This document shows positions 1 to 9,846 of a stretch of DNA of 36,515 nucleotides, piece after piece (within the stretch, counting starts at the first letter, position 1; every line of letters starts with the position of its first letter). The notes below the pieces were generated by a model. It saw nothing but the letters and a program-made list of their open reading frames with translations, ran no database searches and was not told the DNA's origin. The position numbers were made by a program, and so were the translations under genes. This DNA comes from a virus (Duplodnaviria; Caudoviricetes), in IMG/VR virus record IMGVR_UViG_3300020045_003217, positions 1-36,515 of that record; one strand, written 5' to 3'.

Positions 1-103
1 CATATAAATACAATATATAACGATCATCATATAAACCGTCATCACTATATTCATTTAAAATCTCTCTAACGTCGTAAATTATTTGACTTGTTTTTACAGC
101 CAT
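1..103 (-). CDS. Partial (N-terminus) putative virion ring/tail-adaptor protein
   Basis: ATG at 103 opens MAVKTSQIIYDVREILNEYSDDGLYDDRYILYLY, running off the window edge; follows a terminator in the structural module; function inferred from resemblance to crAss-like ring proteins. Confidence 0.45.
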   Translation of the reverse strand, partial: MAVKTSQIIYDVREILNEYSDDGLYDDRYILYLY

Positions 104-116
104 ATTTTTTTAAATT

Positions 117-143
117 AAAAACCCCCTCTGGTATAGAGAGGGT
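117..143 (-). terminator. Rho-independent terminator
   Basis: Minus strand ACCCTCTC-TATACCA-GAGGGGGT followed by TTTT, just after the stop of 153..1079. Confidence 0.75.
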
Positions 144-152
144 CATGTGTTA

Positions 153-1079
153 TTATAATTCCATCATTTCGTTAAATACTGTTTTACCATTTAGTATTAC
201 AGCACAACCTATTGCAGGTTTAGCGAATTCTTTTGCATATGTCATAGCATAAGTTTTATGGTCTATACCACAACCTACCTGACAACCAAATATTTTAAAT
301 TTAGAACCTACTACCCAATCAACATACGCTTGTGTATGTAAATGACCCTGCACAATAGATTGTAAATCTCTTCTAGCACGTTGTCTAGCAGTACCTCCTT
401 CACCATGTATATATAATACATCATCTATTTCAATAGATTCTGTAAATGTCCAACCTGGTGTACCTAATACCTCAGCATAATCTTTAATCCACATTTTAGA
501 TAATCCAGCAGTTTGTGCTTTACGCATAATAAGTCTATCATGATTACCTATAATTACAGTAGCTTTAGGAAAATAAGAATACCATTTTTTAATATTATTA
601 ATAGCTAATTTTAATTCTACCCCTGCATTATGTCCGTCAGGATTAGTTTCGTGATAAGATGATGCGTGATTATCTATAATATCACCAATAAAAACTACTT
701 CATTGCAATTGTGTTTTTTATAAGTATTTACACAGTGTTCTAAGTAACCTTTTAAACAAAATGGTTCATGTAAATCACCAATAACTAAAACTTTTTTACT
801 TATTTGTTTTTTAGTATAATTTAATAAATTTGAAATATGTTTATCTTGTGTAGTTTCTAAAGGTATAAAAGCATTTTTAAAAATATTTACATTTGTCGGT
901 TGAGGTAATTGTAAAACATCTATTGTAATATATTTTCCCAATTCACTTTTAACTTCTCTAATTGCTTGAGTACATAAATCAGTGTTTTTAATTCCCAATT
1001 GTTTAGCTAAAGCATTTTTACCAAATTTAAGATACCCCTTACGTTTATGTAAAAATTGTTTAATTTCATTTTTAGTCAT
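153..1079 (-). CDS. Calcineurin-like metallophosphoesterase with basic N-terminal extension
   Basis: Motifs GDLH, GDIID, GNHD, HG and GHLH in canonical order. Confidence 0.85.
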   Translation of the reverse strand: MTKNEIKQFLHKRKGYLKFGKNALAKQLGIKNTDLCTQAIREVKSELGKYITIDVLQLPQPTNVNIFKNAFIPLETTQDKHISNLLNYTKKQISKKVLVIGDLHEPFCLKGYLEHCVNTYKKHNCNEVVFIGDIIDNHASSYHETNPDGHNAGVELKLAINNIKKWYSYFPKATVIIGNHDRLIMRKAQTAGLSKMWIKDYAEVLGTPGWTFTESIEIDDVLYIHGEGGTARQRARRDLQSIVQGHLHTQAYVDWVVGSKFKIFGCQVGCGIDHKTYAMTYAKEFAKPAIGCAVILNGKTVFNEMMEL

Positions 1080-1101
1080 ATATTATTTTTTATAATTAGA
1101 A

Positions 1102-1133
1102 CAAATATATATTATTAAATAATAAAATGCAAA
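1102..1133 (-). promoter_or_regulatory. Bacteroidota sigma70-type promoter
   Basis: Minus strand TTTG (1133-1130), 20-nt spacer, TATATTTG (1109-1102), upstream of ATG 1079; matches TTTG-N19-21-TAnnTTTG. Confidence 0.75.
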
Positions 1134-1172
1134 TTTTTATACATTTATTTTCTAATATATACACATTATAAT

Positions 1173-1442
1173 TTAATACCCAGCAAAACTATGCTTAGGG
1201 TTATTTACTAATACTTCATTTATTCCAAAATCTACTTCTTGTTCACACATTATATCATAATGATAACCTTCTGCAAATATAGGTAGTATTTCTTCTGTTA
1301 GTTCATTTATACAGATTTTTCCAATTTCTACAATAGCATGTACTCCAATTCCGTATATGCCATCTTCAAGCATTATTTCTTTTGCTTTTAAATCAACCAA
1401 CGCTGTTTCTTTGTCTGAATATTTTAGTTTATATAGTCTCAT
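1173..1442 (-). CDS. Small hypothetical protein, possibly fibre-associated
   Basis: 89-aa ORF coupled by an ATGA overlap to the upstream gene; lies downstream of a fibre/spike gene. Confidence 0.6.
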   Translation of the reverse strand: MRLYKLKYSDKETALVDLKAKEIMLEDGIYGIGVHAIVEIGKICINELTEEILPIFAEGYHYDIMCEQEVDFGINEVLVNNPKHSFAGY

Positions 1443-1672
1443 ATTATTATATCTTTAATTAATAAAATTGTTCCTGCTATTAGTGTTACAACTAAGTCCT
1501 TCCAATCAAACCCTCCGTATTTGTATTCATCATACAACTCTTTACCTAAAGCAAATATTAGAACTATAAGCAAACTAACCCAATTTATAAAAATAAGGTT
1601 AGATAAAATATAGATAAAAAATCCATATATAAAATGGTTCGCTTTGTCTTGTGGTATTAATGGTAGTTTCAT
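1439..1672 (-). CDS. Small membrane protein (VanZ-like DKxxH ... KExxD ... DxxD pattern)
   Basis: QDKANHF, three hydrophobic segments, GKELYD, FDWKD. Confidence 0.6.
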   Translation of the reverse strand: MKLPLIPQDKANHFIYGFFIYILSNLIFINWVSLLIVLIFALGKELYDEYKYGGFDWKDLVVTLIAGTILLIKDIII

Positions 1673-1673
1673 G

Positions 1674-2927
1674 TTATAGAGTTGTTAGTTGAATGCATTC
1701 TGCATTAGAAAGAGGTATAGGAAATAATACTTCATTTTTCAAATATCTAAGAACTCCGTTTAATTTATTTAAATATTGAAAATTACCAAAAGATAATGGT
1801 ACATTTGCATTTGTAACAACTTTAATACCATTTTCAAAAATATCTACTGTAATTCCATTAAAAACAATAGCTAATTTCACGTAATTAGTTGTTGTGCTAT
1901 AAAGCATTATTTGAGAAAAACCATTCCAATATACAACTGTAAGTCTTACGCTACCACCGCCGGCGTTTCTAAGAGATAAAGACGAAACTCCTGAGGCAAC
2001 AGAGCTTATATTACTTTCTCCTATATAAAATTCAGAACCAAGACCATCTCTAATTAAAGGCACATTATTATTTAATTCAATAAACCACGTACCACCAGCA
2101 CTTGTAATTAATCCATTTGTGTAAATGTTATTTCTATTTAATACATCAGCATTTCTTGTTACTGTACTTGCTACTGTAGGTATGTATGAAGTGGGATATG
2201 CTCCTTGTTCTGCTTGTGCTCCCCATACATACACGTTTAATCCAACAACTGACATTCCTTTTAACGCTCCTAAAAAAGAAGGTGTAATGGCGACTAATCC
2301 TGTAGTAGCTGTAGTGGTAGATGTTACTGTCCAACTACATCGATACCATCCATTACCATAATTCGTAATTGTTGCAATACCTCCTGTTTGTGAGCTTATT
2401 GTTCCATTACTTAAATTAAATACTGCGAATTGAGTATTTACAAATCCATCTGCTCTAAATGTAGCACTAACATAATCTGTATTTCCCGCTTTAGCAAAAA
2501 ATGATTGAGTGTACGTTACTCCAGAAACTGAAGCTGTTGTTGATGGATAAATAAATACATTTGACACAGCTAATGCTTGTACTAAATCAGATGTTAAGGT
2601 ATTATCAGGAGAGTTAGCTACGTTAGTTGTTACTGACATATTCAATTTAATCCAATTAGAATTATCAAACTCTTGACTATAGGTAACTAAATTAGTCCTC
2701 TGCGGTTCTAACAATATACTTGGACAACCTCCTGCTACATCATAGTTTAATCTTGGAACGTTTAAAGCAACTGATTCTATAATTCCACTTGAATTTACCC
2801 TTGTTGCTGTTGTAGCTCTAACTACAGACATATCACCATTACCGTTTGCAGGAATAATGGAGTATAATTTACTTTCTTTTACTGCATTTGGTGTTAAAAC
2901 CAAACTTGCTTTACTTAGTAAACTCAT
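1674..2927 (-). CDS. Head/tail spike-fibre protein with carbohydrate-binding/LamG-like domains
   Basis: RATTATRVNSSG..PRL.Y..LLEPQRTNL and WGAQAEQGAYPTSYIPT..VTRNAD motifs typical of phage spike fibres; likely start is ATG 2927 (MSLLSKAS), overlapping the TGA of the upstream ORF. Confidence 0.7.
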   Translation of the reverse strand: MSLLSKASLVLTPNAVKESKLYSIIPANGNGDMSVVRATTATRVNSSGIIESVALNVPRLNYDVAGGCPSILLEPQRTNLVTYSQEFDNSNWIKLNMSVTTNVANSPDNTLTSDLVQALAVSNVFIYPSTTASVSGVTYTQSFFAKAGNTDYVSATFRADGFVNTQFAVFNLSNGTISSQTGGIATITNYGNGWYRCSWTVTSTTTATTGLVAITPSFLGALKGMSVVGLNVYVWGAQAEQGAYPTSYIPTVASTVTRNADVLNRNNIYTNGLITSAGGTWFIELNNNVPLIRDGLGSEFYIGESNISSVASGVSSLSLRNAGGGSVRLTVVYWNGFSQIMLYSTTTNYVKLAIVFNGITVDIFENGIKVVTNANVPLSFGNFQYLNKLNGVLRYLKNEVLFPIPLSNAECIQLTTL

Positions 2928-3073
2928 ACATTTAGTGTATTTAGTGTTGATACTTGACAAGACTCAGCTTCATAAACACCTGAATCAGCTGCCACCCTTA
3001 GTTTAAAGTCTGCAATTAATGCAGAGACACTTAAACCATTTTGTCCTTGTCCACATGATAGTAGAGTTAACAT
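2924..3073 (-). CDS. Small hypothetical protein, 49 aa (not in ORF track)
   Basis: MLTLLSCGQGQNGLSVSALIADFKLRVAADSGVYEAESCQVSTLNTLNV*; fills the gap exactly and overlaps the next gene by ATGA. Confidence 0.65.
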   Translation of the reverse strand: MLTLLSCGQGQNGLSVSALIADFKLRVAADSGVYEAESCQVSTLNTLNV

Positions 3074-3074
3074 A

Positions 3075-3704
3075 TTAAGCGTAAGTTAAGTTAATAATTA
3101 CATCTCCTGCTCCTACTACAGCTACATCGTTATCTGCTGGTCCTGCAGTAATGGCAATTGAAATTCCTAAGGGAAAATTTACCCCCATAGAAAAGGGAAT
3201 AGCAATACCAGCCCCTTGTGTATTTGCAGGTACAGGAATAGTCATTACAGGAATATCTGTACCAACAGTAGGTGCAGTAGCTTTATTATAAAATTTCAAA
3301 AACCTAACTGTAGATGTAAGCCCTATAGCAACAATTGAGTATAAATTACCTCCAGAAGCTTTAACAACATTTGCATTAGTAGTTCCTAATGAAATTAATT
3401 TATAGGGAGTAGTTCCATTTGAACCAGTTGTATTTGGAATACTAGTAACAGAACTGTTTAAAGTTTCAGAAAGTGACGTATAAAAATTTTCCCATTCTAA
3501 TAATGTATACGCTACATTTAATTCATTAAAAATATTAGGTATTTCTACTATTGCAACACATTTTGTTGTAGTATTTGTTAGATAAATATAATAATTATTT
3601 TCTAATTCATTTTTTTCTACAAAAATATCAGATATTAAATATTCAGAAATAATGTCTGGACCTGTTATAATTAAATAATTATTTTTTTTATATACTTTAT
3701 TCAT
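3075..3704 (-). CDS. Putative virion structural protein
   Basis: C-terminal beta-rich domain (TTNANVVKASGG..LKFYNKATAPTVGTD..FPLGISIAIT) in the structural cluster. Confidence 0.55.
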   Translation of the reverse strand: MNKVYKKNNYLIITGPDIISEYLISDIFVEKNELENNYYIYLTNTTTKCVAIVEIPNIFNELNVAYTLLEWENFYTSLSETLNSSVTSIPNTTGSNGTTPYKLISLGTTNANVVKASGGNLYSIVAIGLTSTVRFLKFYNKATAPTVGTDIPVMTIPVPANTQGAGIAIPFSMGVNFPLGISIAITAGPADNDVAVVGAGDVIINLTYA

Positions 3705-3708
3705 ATTG

Positions 3709-4299
3709 TTATTTATTTATTTTAAATAATTGTTTTTTGTAACCTATGTAAATATTTTGATTTATATCATATCCTCCAGTGAAAATATCACCTTTTTTAT
3801 TTTGAATCCCTAAGTCAACTTTAACTCCAGGATTAGATAATTGTAAATTATTATATACTTCTAAACCTCCATACATTGCAAATACAGTTTCTTTAACTTT
3901 AAATTGTTTAATTGTTACTGTAGGAACTATTTTAAGCAATTCTCCTTTAGTTTCTGTGTAAATTGATATATCAGCATCATCATTATTAAAATCTGTCGTA
4001 TAAGATCTTATTTTACGTGCATCTATATACATATTTAATTTAGTACTGTCAATTGATTGTTCAAATACTTTTACCTCAACAGTATCTATTTTACCAGGAA
4101 TATAAATATTTTTACCTTTTATATTTTTATATTTAGTAATTATTTTAGTTTTTGTTTCTAAAGGTTTAAATATTGTATCATATTGTACAACTGTTTTTGT
4201 TTTTATATTATTATCACAACTTCTTTGTAAGAATAAACTAAATAATAGCAACCCTATAATAATATATAAGGTTGCTAAATGTTTAAAATTTGTATTCAT
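3709..4299 (-). CDS. Putative spanin-like lysis accessory protein
   Basis: N-terminal TM segment, DT-rich stalk (YDTI, IDTV, IDST), beta-strand C-terminus; directly downstream of the endolysin. Confidence 0.55.
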   Translation of the reverse strand: MNTNFKHLATLYIIIGLLLFSLFLQRSCDNNIKTKTVVQYDTIFKPLETKTKIITKYKNIKGKNIYIPGKIDTVEVKVFEQSIDSTKLNMYIDARKIRSYTTDFNNDDADISIYTETKGELLKIVPTVTIKQFKVKETVFAMYGGLEVYNNLQLSNPGVKVDLGIQNKKGDIFTGGYDINQNIYIGYKKQLFKINK

Positions 4300-4300
4300 A

Positions 4301-4774
4301 TTATTTTGTAAAATATAATTTAGCTTCAGACTTACGTCTTCTAACTAATCCATTAGAAACTTTTCCTAATGATTTATTCCATTTTAAAAATTCTGTTATA
4401 ATACTTAAATCATTAGGATTTTTATTTATTTTTTTAAGTAATGTACTATCACCTAGTCCTTCTGGAATATCATCAGCATCTATATCAGAACCTAAATTAT
4501 ATGCAAAAGATACTAAAGCATTAAATTGGTTTTGTGTAACAGTACTTTTTAATAAACTAGTTACATCTTTTGCAAATAAATCTGCAATAAATTTAAATAT
4601 TTGAATTGCATATTCTTTAGTAATTGGTTTATCTCTTAACGTAACTTTTTTACCATTTGGATAATATGTATTACCATAACCAATTGTAGGAACACCTGAC
4701 GAACATAAATAAGGTTTTAAAGATAAACCTTCATATTCCATTATTAATTCATAACCTACTTCATTCAATTTCAT
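4301..4774 (-). CDS. Endolysin, GH24 (T4-type) lysozyme
   Basis: EGLSLKPYLCSSGVPTIGYG, QNQFNALVSFAYNLG, GLVRRRKSE. Confidence 0.92.
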   Translation of the reverse strand: MKLNEVGYELIMEYEGLSLKPYLCSSGVPTIGYGNTYYPNGKKVTLRDKPITKEYAIQIFKFIADLFAKDVTSLLKSTVTQNQFNALVSFAYNLGSDIDADDIPEGLGDSTLLKKINKNPNDLSIITEFLKWNKSLGKVSNGLVRRRKSEAKLYFTK

Positions 4775-4928
4775 CTTTTTTGTTTTTACGTAATTTAATC
4801 CATTTATCTATACTGTAACCAATCGATACAAATAGTAATAATAATTTTAAAACATTTTCAATTTGTGTAAAAGTAATAGTTATTACAACCATGTTTATCA
4901 TCCAAAGTTTTATTTCATTATAGTTCAT
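4761..4928 (-). CDS. Putative holin, 55 aa (not in ORF track)
   Basis: MNYNEIKLWMINMVVITITFTQIENVLKIILLFVSIGYSIDKWIKLRKNKKDEIE*; hydrophobic segments plus charged tail; overlaps the endolysin start. Confidence 0.6.
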   Translation of the reverse strand: MNYNEIKLWMINMVVITITFTQIENVLKLLLLFVSIGYSIDKWIKLRKNKKDEIE

Positions 4929-4945
4929 TTAATTAATAGTTTTAA

Positions 4946-5137
4946 TTATATTTTATCTTTAAATTTTAATATTGTTTCTGTTACTTTTACACTTCCAATA
5001 TATATTGCAGCTATAGTTGTCCATTCAGCTCCTGTTAAATTAGAAGTGAATAAAGCTATTGTAGCTATTATAAACACTGTAAATGTTTTACTTATGGCTT
5101 TTCCTAAGTATCTGTCTATTATCTCTTGTCTACTCAT
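4946..5137 (-). CDS. Putative holin/antiholin small membrane protein
   Basis: Likely start ATG 5137 (MSRQEIIDRY...); two hydrophobic helices; in the lysis cassette. Confidence 0.55.
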   Translation of the reverse strand: MSRQEIIDRYLGKAISKTFTVFIIATIALFTSNLTGAEWTTIAAIYIGSVKVTETILKFKDKI

Positions 5138-5294
5138 ATTTGTTATAAAATTTTCTTGTTTCAAAATCAAAGTATGGGTTTTCCATTTCTTCCGTGCGTA
5201 ATTCCTCGATAGCTATTTCGTTATCTGGAAGATTTTCTATATTCTCAGTAGCATACAATTCTTTACCTTCTGAGTTGATTATTGTGTATATCAT
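5130..5294 (-). CDS. Small acidic protein, possible tail-fibre assembly chaperone (not in ORF track)
   Basis: 54 aa MIYTIINSEGKELYATE...NPYFDFETRKFYNKYE*, starting 4 nt after the tail-fibre stop. Confidence 0.55.
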   Translation of the reverse strand: MIYTIINSEGKELYATENIENLPDNEIAIEELRTEEMENPYFDFETRKFYNKYE

Positions 5295-5298
5295 GATT

Positions 5299-8200
5299 TT
5301 AATTTATTAGTTTTACCGAGCGTAATCTGCCAACATCTGTTGTTGTATCTGAAAGCTGAATTGATATAAATAGGTAGTTTACTAAAGTAGTATCAAAAGG
5401 AAATGTGGTATTTGCAGATGATGAAGCTGATATGTCGGTTAATATCGAACTTGTATTGTTAGATATATAGATATTTCCCCCCGATATTGTTGGATTTCTT
5501 TCAAACACTACTGCGTTAGCTGATGTAGCTGCTATGTATACTCCTAAATTTGTAGCTGTTGCAAAATCATTTGTAGAGTTAACTTTAACCCTTAAAGTCA
5601 TCGTTCCAACGCCTCCTAAGCCTTTTGATATTTTTACCCTTAAATTAGGCATACTTTCCAAGCCTAAAGAATTAGCAGGAATAGTCCCTGTATAAAGTAA
5701 TGTTTCGGTAAGCGTTCCTGTTACGGTAGCTGTTGATGTTGTATTTATAATATTTCTCGTAGCATTAGCCAATGCATCATAAACAGCATCTTCACTCGGT
5801 GACTTGTCAGTTACTCCGTTTATTATTGTTTGGGTTATTTTTGCATCTACATAAGTTTTATTCGTAACATTGTTGCCTGTTGTAGGTACTTCGGTAGTCG
5901 ATAATTTTCCAGCCGAACTAATTGTAACCTTTCCAAGTTCAGCATATAATAAATCCCCAGTACCTCCCTGATTTCTTAGTGTTATACCTGTTCCGCTATT
6001 AAAATTACCGACATTTATTCCAGCCGAAGTACTTGATTGATTGGCAACTGACACAGCATTTCCGGTTGTCCCTGAGGTTGTATTTTCAACATATATACCT
6101 GCTGAACCAGTATTATATATCCCTAATCCGTATGCATCCCCACCCCCTGTAGTTTTTGAATTTGAAATTCCAATTCCACCACTTAGTAAATCAGTACTTG
6201 CAAAGTACTTCCTACCAGTTATAGAAGATTGATTGCCAGTTGTCTGCAAAAAATCACTAACTAACTTTTTCTCTAAAGCAGTAGTGCTGGGGTTTCTTGT
6301 TAAAATATCAGGTGAACCTACCGAAGTAACAGGGGTAGAAGATATTTTTAAATTTAAAATGTTTAATGGTCCTGTAAGCGTAACAGCCCCTGAGCGGGTT
6401 ATATGTGACGTTTTACTACTGCCAGCATCTACCGTTGTCCCGAAAGTATTAAAATTAGAAGTTGACGGAACTGTTTTAGTAACATAAGTAGTCGAATTAT
6501 ACACCCATGTACTCGCATCTGTACCTATATATAAGTTTGCAACATCATTTTTTAATAAATTATCATTCGTAACAGGTGGATTTTCAGTATCAAAAATAGT
6601 AGCTGTTATTGGTGACGTTGCGTTAACATAAACTATTTTAGAATAATTTACAGGCAATCCAGCATTAACAGCATCTACCGTTGGGTATTTAGTACCTGTT
6701 CCGTCAATAGCGAGTGAGTTTTGTTTGTTTGAGTTCAATTCATATCCAGCATCAACAACTGAAAAAGGTACAGGCAACAAAGTTCTTACAGGTGAAGCAC
6801 CTCCAAATTGAAATTGATAAACTGGGTCAGAACCTCCAGCGATTCTATTAGCGTAACTTTTAATAACGATTCTATCTGTTGCCACGAAATCACCATCATC
6901 CCATAATCCCGATGCTGTAAATTCAGAATAACCACCATCTACAACAGGTTCGCTTGTACTTGACGTGCATATTAATGTTTCAACACCTGCAGCATCTCGA
7001 TGGTAAACTTCAAAGTAAAATGTAGCAGTTCCGGAACCGCTTAAATGCCTAATATTTCCAAAAGTAGTAATATTAAAAACGCCCGGTTGCCCCATTAAAA
7101 CTCCTGCATCTGAAATTCTTTGAGATATTAATTGACCAACACCCGTAATAGTTGGAGTAGATACATCAACAGCAGTTGAATTATACCTTACATCGTGTAT
7201 ATCTTTCACCATTACAACATAACCACTCACATCGCTTGCAGTTGTTGTAGGGTATAGTGTTAGATTAGTCGGTAAATCTGAAATATTAAGTTTCAAGTCT
7301 AAAGCGTCATGAGTTGCTTTTTCGTTGGGGTATAGAGTTGTTGAATATCCTGTAATTGAAGATATTTTATTTGATGTAATTTCTTTACCTAAATCACTTG
7401 GTGGATTTATAACTGTCCATTCATTCCAGTCATCCTTAATTATATAACATTGATGGTTAGGATTTAATATAAGTCCATTTGGTGCATTTACAGTAACACC
7501 TATACCTGACCAAATTGAAACTACTCCTGTACCCATATTTTTAAATGGATAAATTGCACCATTACGAATATATTTACCATATGAACCATTTGGAAATATA
7601 TTTATAGATGAGTTTGTAGTACCTGTAAAAATAACATTATAATCATCTTCTCCAGGTTCTAAATTAAAATCAGATTGTGAAGTTTTATATGTTAATTTAT
7701 ATCTTTTTAAAAATAAATCATTATAATTTGGTAATACGGTTTCACCTACTGTTCCATCAGTTACTAAATAAAATGTTAAATATAAATCTGGAAATTCTAA
7801 TGTTGGTGCACCTGGTATAGAAACACTTTCCTCACCAGAAATAATATCAAATGAATTAGTATTATTTGGAACAATATATATAATTCTTTGATTTCCAGAT
7901 GTAGAATATGGAATTGTTAATTCAATACTTAAAGGATTAGAATATTCAATATTATTAATTAACCATACATTTAAAGGATTAATTGTAATAACGTTATCCA
8001 CTAATGTAAAACCTGTTTTTGTAATAAATCTATAGGCTTCACCTTTAAGATTTGCGTGAATTGTATTATTATCATCATCATACACAAATTCAATAGTATC
8101 ACTATTTTGTAATATACTACCAACAGCATCTTGTGCCATTTCATTTGTATATTGACTAATATCATCATTATTTGATGAAATAATATAAGGTGTTAGTGTA

Positions 8201-9384
8201 GTACCATTACCCGTAATTCCAATATTTGTTCCAGGTATAATTTTTGTTTCAGAACCATCTGGTGTATTTGGAAATACTGTTTCTAAGTATTCTTTAGTTA
8301 CTACAGCTTTACCTGTTACATCATTTTCAATTAAATCATTGGTAACACTTGGTAATGTTAATAATCCGTTTTTTAATAATTTTAAAGCATCACTTCTTAG
8401 TGTAGAAGTCCAAATACCATCTGGTGTAGCAATATCTCCATTACCAACTATTAGTATTGGTGATAATGCTTCATTAATATCTTCTGAAGTATCTGTATAA
8501 TCAGTATTTGCTTGACCTAATACAGTTGTGCCAAAACTTTTATTTAATAATGAAACACCAGATGTTAAGCCTGCTGCGCCATTAATAATATTACCTTGTC
8601 CAAACACTGTAGAATTACCAAGTATATTATATATAATTTTATTATATGAACCTGATAATAAACTATTTTTGGAATTATTATAGTTATTTCTACCTAATAT
8701 TGTAGAATATTCACTTTGTAATCCAGAATGGTTATATCTACCAAATAAAGAATCATTATAACCTTGTGCTGATAAATTATATCCGAATGTATATGTTAAG
8801 TTACCTAATGATCCATATAACTCATCAGGTTGTACACCATTCTGCCCTATTTGACCTTCAGGTTCACCATTTGCACCAATTTCAGCAAAACTAAAATCAT
8901 ATGAAAATTGACCAATATCTCCAAATTGAGATTCATTTCTATTTCGTGGAAAATAACTATTGTTAACAGAATTAAAAGGTGATGATAATCCAGAAATTAT
9001 ATAAGGTGTAACATTACTTCCATTTCCATCAATTACAATATTATCACCTTCTTCAATAAAAATATTTGATGTATTATTTTCAATTGTAAAAAAATTATAT
9101 TTTTTATTAGAATAATCTACATCGTTTGTTATAACACCATTTGGATAAATATAATCTGTATCTCGTAATCCTGTTAATTCTTCACCAGATAATACTTCTC
9201 TCCATTCATAACGAGTACCTTCTAATTTACAATAAATAATTAAACCTTTTTCATATGTAAATGCTAAATTATCATTAATTCCTAAATCTTTTAATGTTGC
9301 TTCATCAGCAATATTTTCTTTTGCATTTAAAGGAATTTGAGTTGGTATTCTTAATCCAATTGGTATATTTGAATAATTACCCAT
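5299..9384 (-). CDS. Long tail fibre / receptor-binding protein (mosaic)
   Basis: 1361 aa, G/S/T/N-rich; duplicated GxNIxIxGNGxxxTPYIIS motif; repeated PxxxAxxxxL segments; beta-helix-like blocks. Confidence 0.75.
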   Translation of the reverse strand: MGNYSNIPIGLRIPTQIPLNAKENIADEATLKDLGINDNLAFTYEKGLIIYCKLEGTRYEWREVLSGEELTGLRDTDYIYPNGVITNDVDYSNKKYNFFTIENNTSNIFIEEGDNIVIDGNGSNVTPYIISGLSSPFNSVNNSYFPRNRNESQFGDIGQFSYDFSFAEIGANGEPEGQIGQNGVQPDELYGSLGNLTYTFGYNLSAQGYNDSLFGRYNHSGLQSEYSTILGRNNYNNSKNSLLSGSYNKIIYNILGNSTVFGQGNIINGAAGLTSGVSLLNKSFGTTVLGQANTDYTDTSEDINEALSPILIVGNGDIATPDGIWTSTLRSDALKLLKNGLLTLPSVTNDLIENDVTGKAVVTKEYLETVFPNTPDGSETKIIPGTNIGITGNGTTLTPYIISSNNDDISQYTNEMAQDAVGSILQNSDTIEFVYDDDNNTIHANLKGEAYRFITKTGFTLVDNVITINPLNVWLINNIEYSNPLSIELTIPYSTSGNQRIIYIVPNNTNSFDIISGEESVSIPGAPTLEFPDLYLTFYLVTDGTVGETVLPNYNDLFLKRYKLTYKTSQSDFNLEPGEDDYNVIFTGTTNSSINIFPNGSYGKYIRNGAIYPFKNMGTGVVSIWSGIGVTVNAPNGLILNPNHQCYIIKDDWNEWTVINPPSDLGKEITSNKISSITGYSTTLYPNEKATHDALDLKLNISDLPTNLTLYPTTTASDVSGYVVMVKDIHDVRYNSTAVDVSTPTITGVGQLISQRISDAGVLMGQPGVFNITTFGNIRHLSGSGTATFYFEVYHRDAAGVETLICTSSTSEPVVDGGYSEFTASGLWDDGDFVATDRIVIKSYANRIAGGSDPVYQFQFGGASPVRTLLPVPFSVVDAGYELNSNKQNSLAIDGTGTKYPTVDAVNAGLPVNYSKIVYVNATSPITATIFDTENPPVTNDNLLKNDVANLYIGTDASTWVYNSTTYVTKTVPSTSNFNTFGTTVDAGSSKTSHITRSGAVTLTGPLNILNLKISSTPVTSVGSPDILTRNPSTTALEKKLVSDFLQTTGNQSSITGRKYFASTDLLSGGIGISNSKTTGGGDAYGLGIYNTGSAGIYVENTTSGTTGNAVSVANQSSTSAGINVGNFNSGTGITLRNQGGTGDLLYAELGKVTISSAGKLSTTEVPTTGNNVTNKTYVDAKITQTIINGVTDKSPSEDAVYDALANATRNIINTTSTATVTGTLTETLLYTGTIPANSLGLESMPNLRVKISKGLGGVGTMTLRVKVNSTNDFATATNLGVYIAATSANAVVFERNPTISGGNIYISNNTSSILTDISASSSANTTFPFDTTLVNYLFISIQLSDTTTDVGRLRSVKLIN

Positions 9385-9396
9385 ATATTATTTTTT

Positions 9397-9846
9397 TTAA
9401 ATTTGTTCTGCTTTCCAATATCCATCTGTTGCACCATTTATACCACTACCAAAACCAATATATTTAAAACGATACATTTGGTTTGTTGTTAATATAATAC
9501 TTGGTATAAAAGTATTAAATACTGAAAACATTTTTGAAGTATTTGCAACATTTGCTCTAACTTCAATATTATTTGAAACAGCAATTACATAAATTTCAGT
9601 TCCTATTTTATTAACTGCTGGTAAATAACCTATTCCACCACTAAAACTACATGAATTAATTTCATATGATAATTCAGATGGTGTAGCACTCAATGTAATT
9701 GTACCAGTTGTTGATGTAGTTTCTTGATCTACATAATCAACTATTGATAATAAATCATTACCTATTTCTGTATTAGAGATAGATTTAGCATTTGTTTTAT
9801 TTATAACATGTGATGCTATATTATTTTTTATTTGAGTATTTGTCAT
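9397..9846 (-). CDS. Putative structural protein
   Basis: 149-aa ORF coupled to the upstream gene, in the structural operon. Confidence 0.55.
   Translation of the reverse strand: MTNTQIKNNIASHVINKTNAKSISNTEIGNDLLSIVDYVDQETTSTTGTITLSATPSELSYEINSCSFSGGIGYLPAVNKIGTEIYVIAVSNNIEVRANVANTSKMFSVFNTFIPSIILTTNQMYRFKYIGFGSGINGATDGYWKAEQI

Noticed and set aside
1674-9384. Diversity-generating retroelement acting on the fibres
   Set aside because: No reverse transcriptase and no template/variable repeat pair seen in the window
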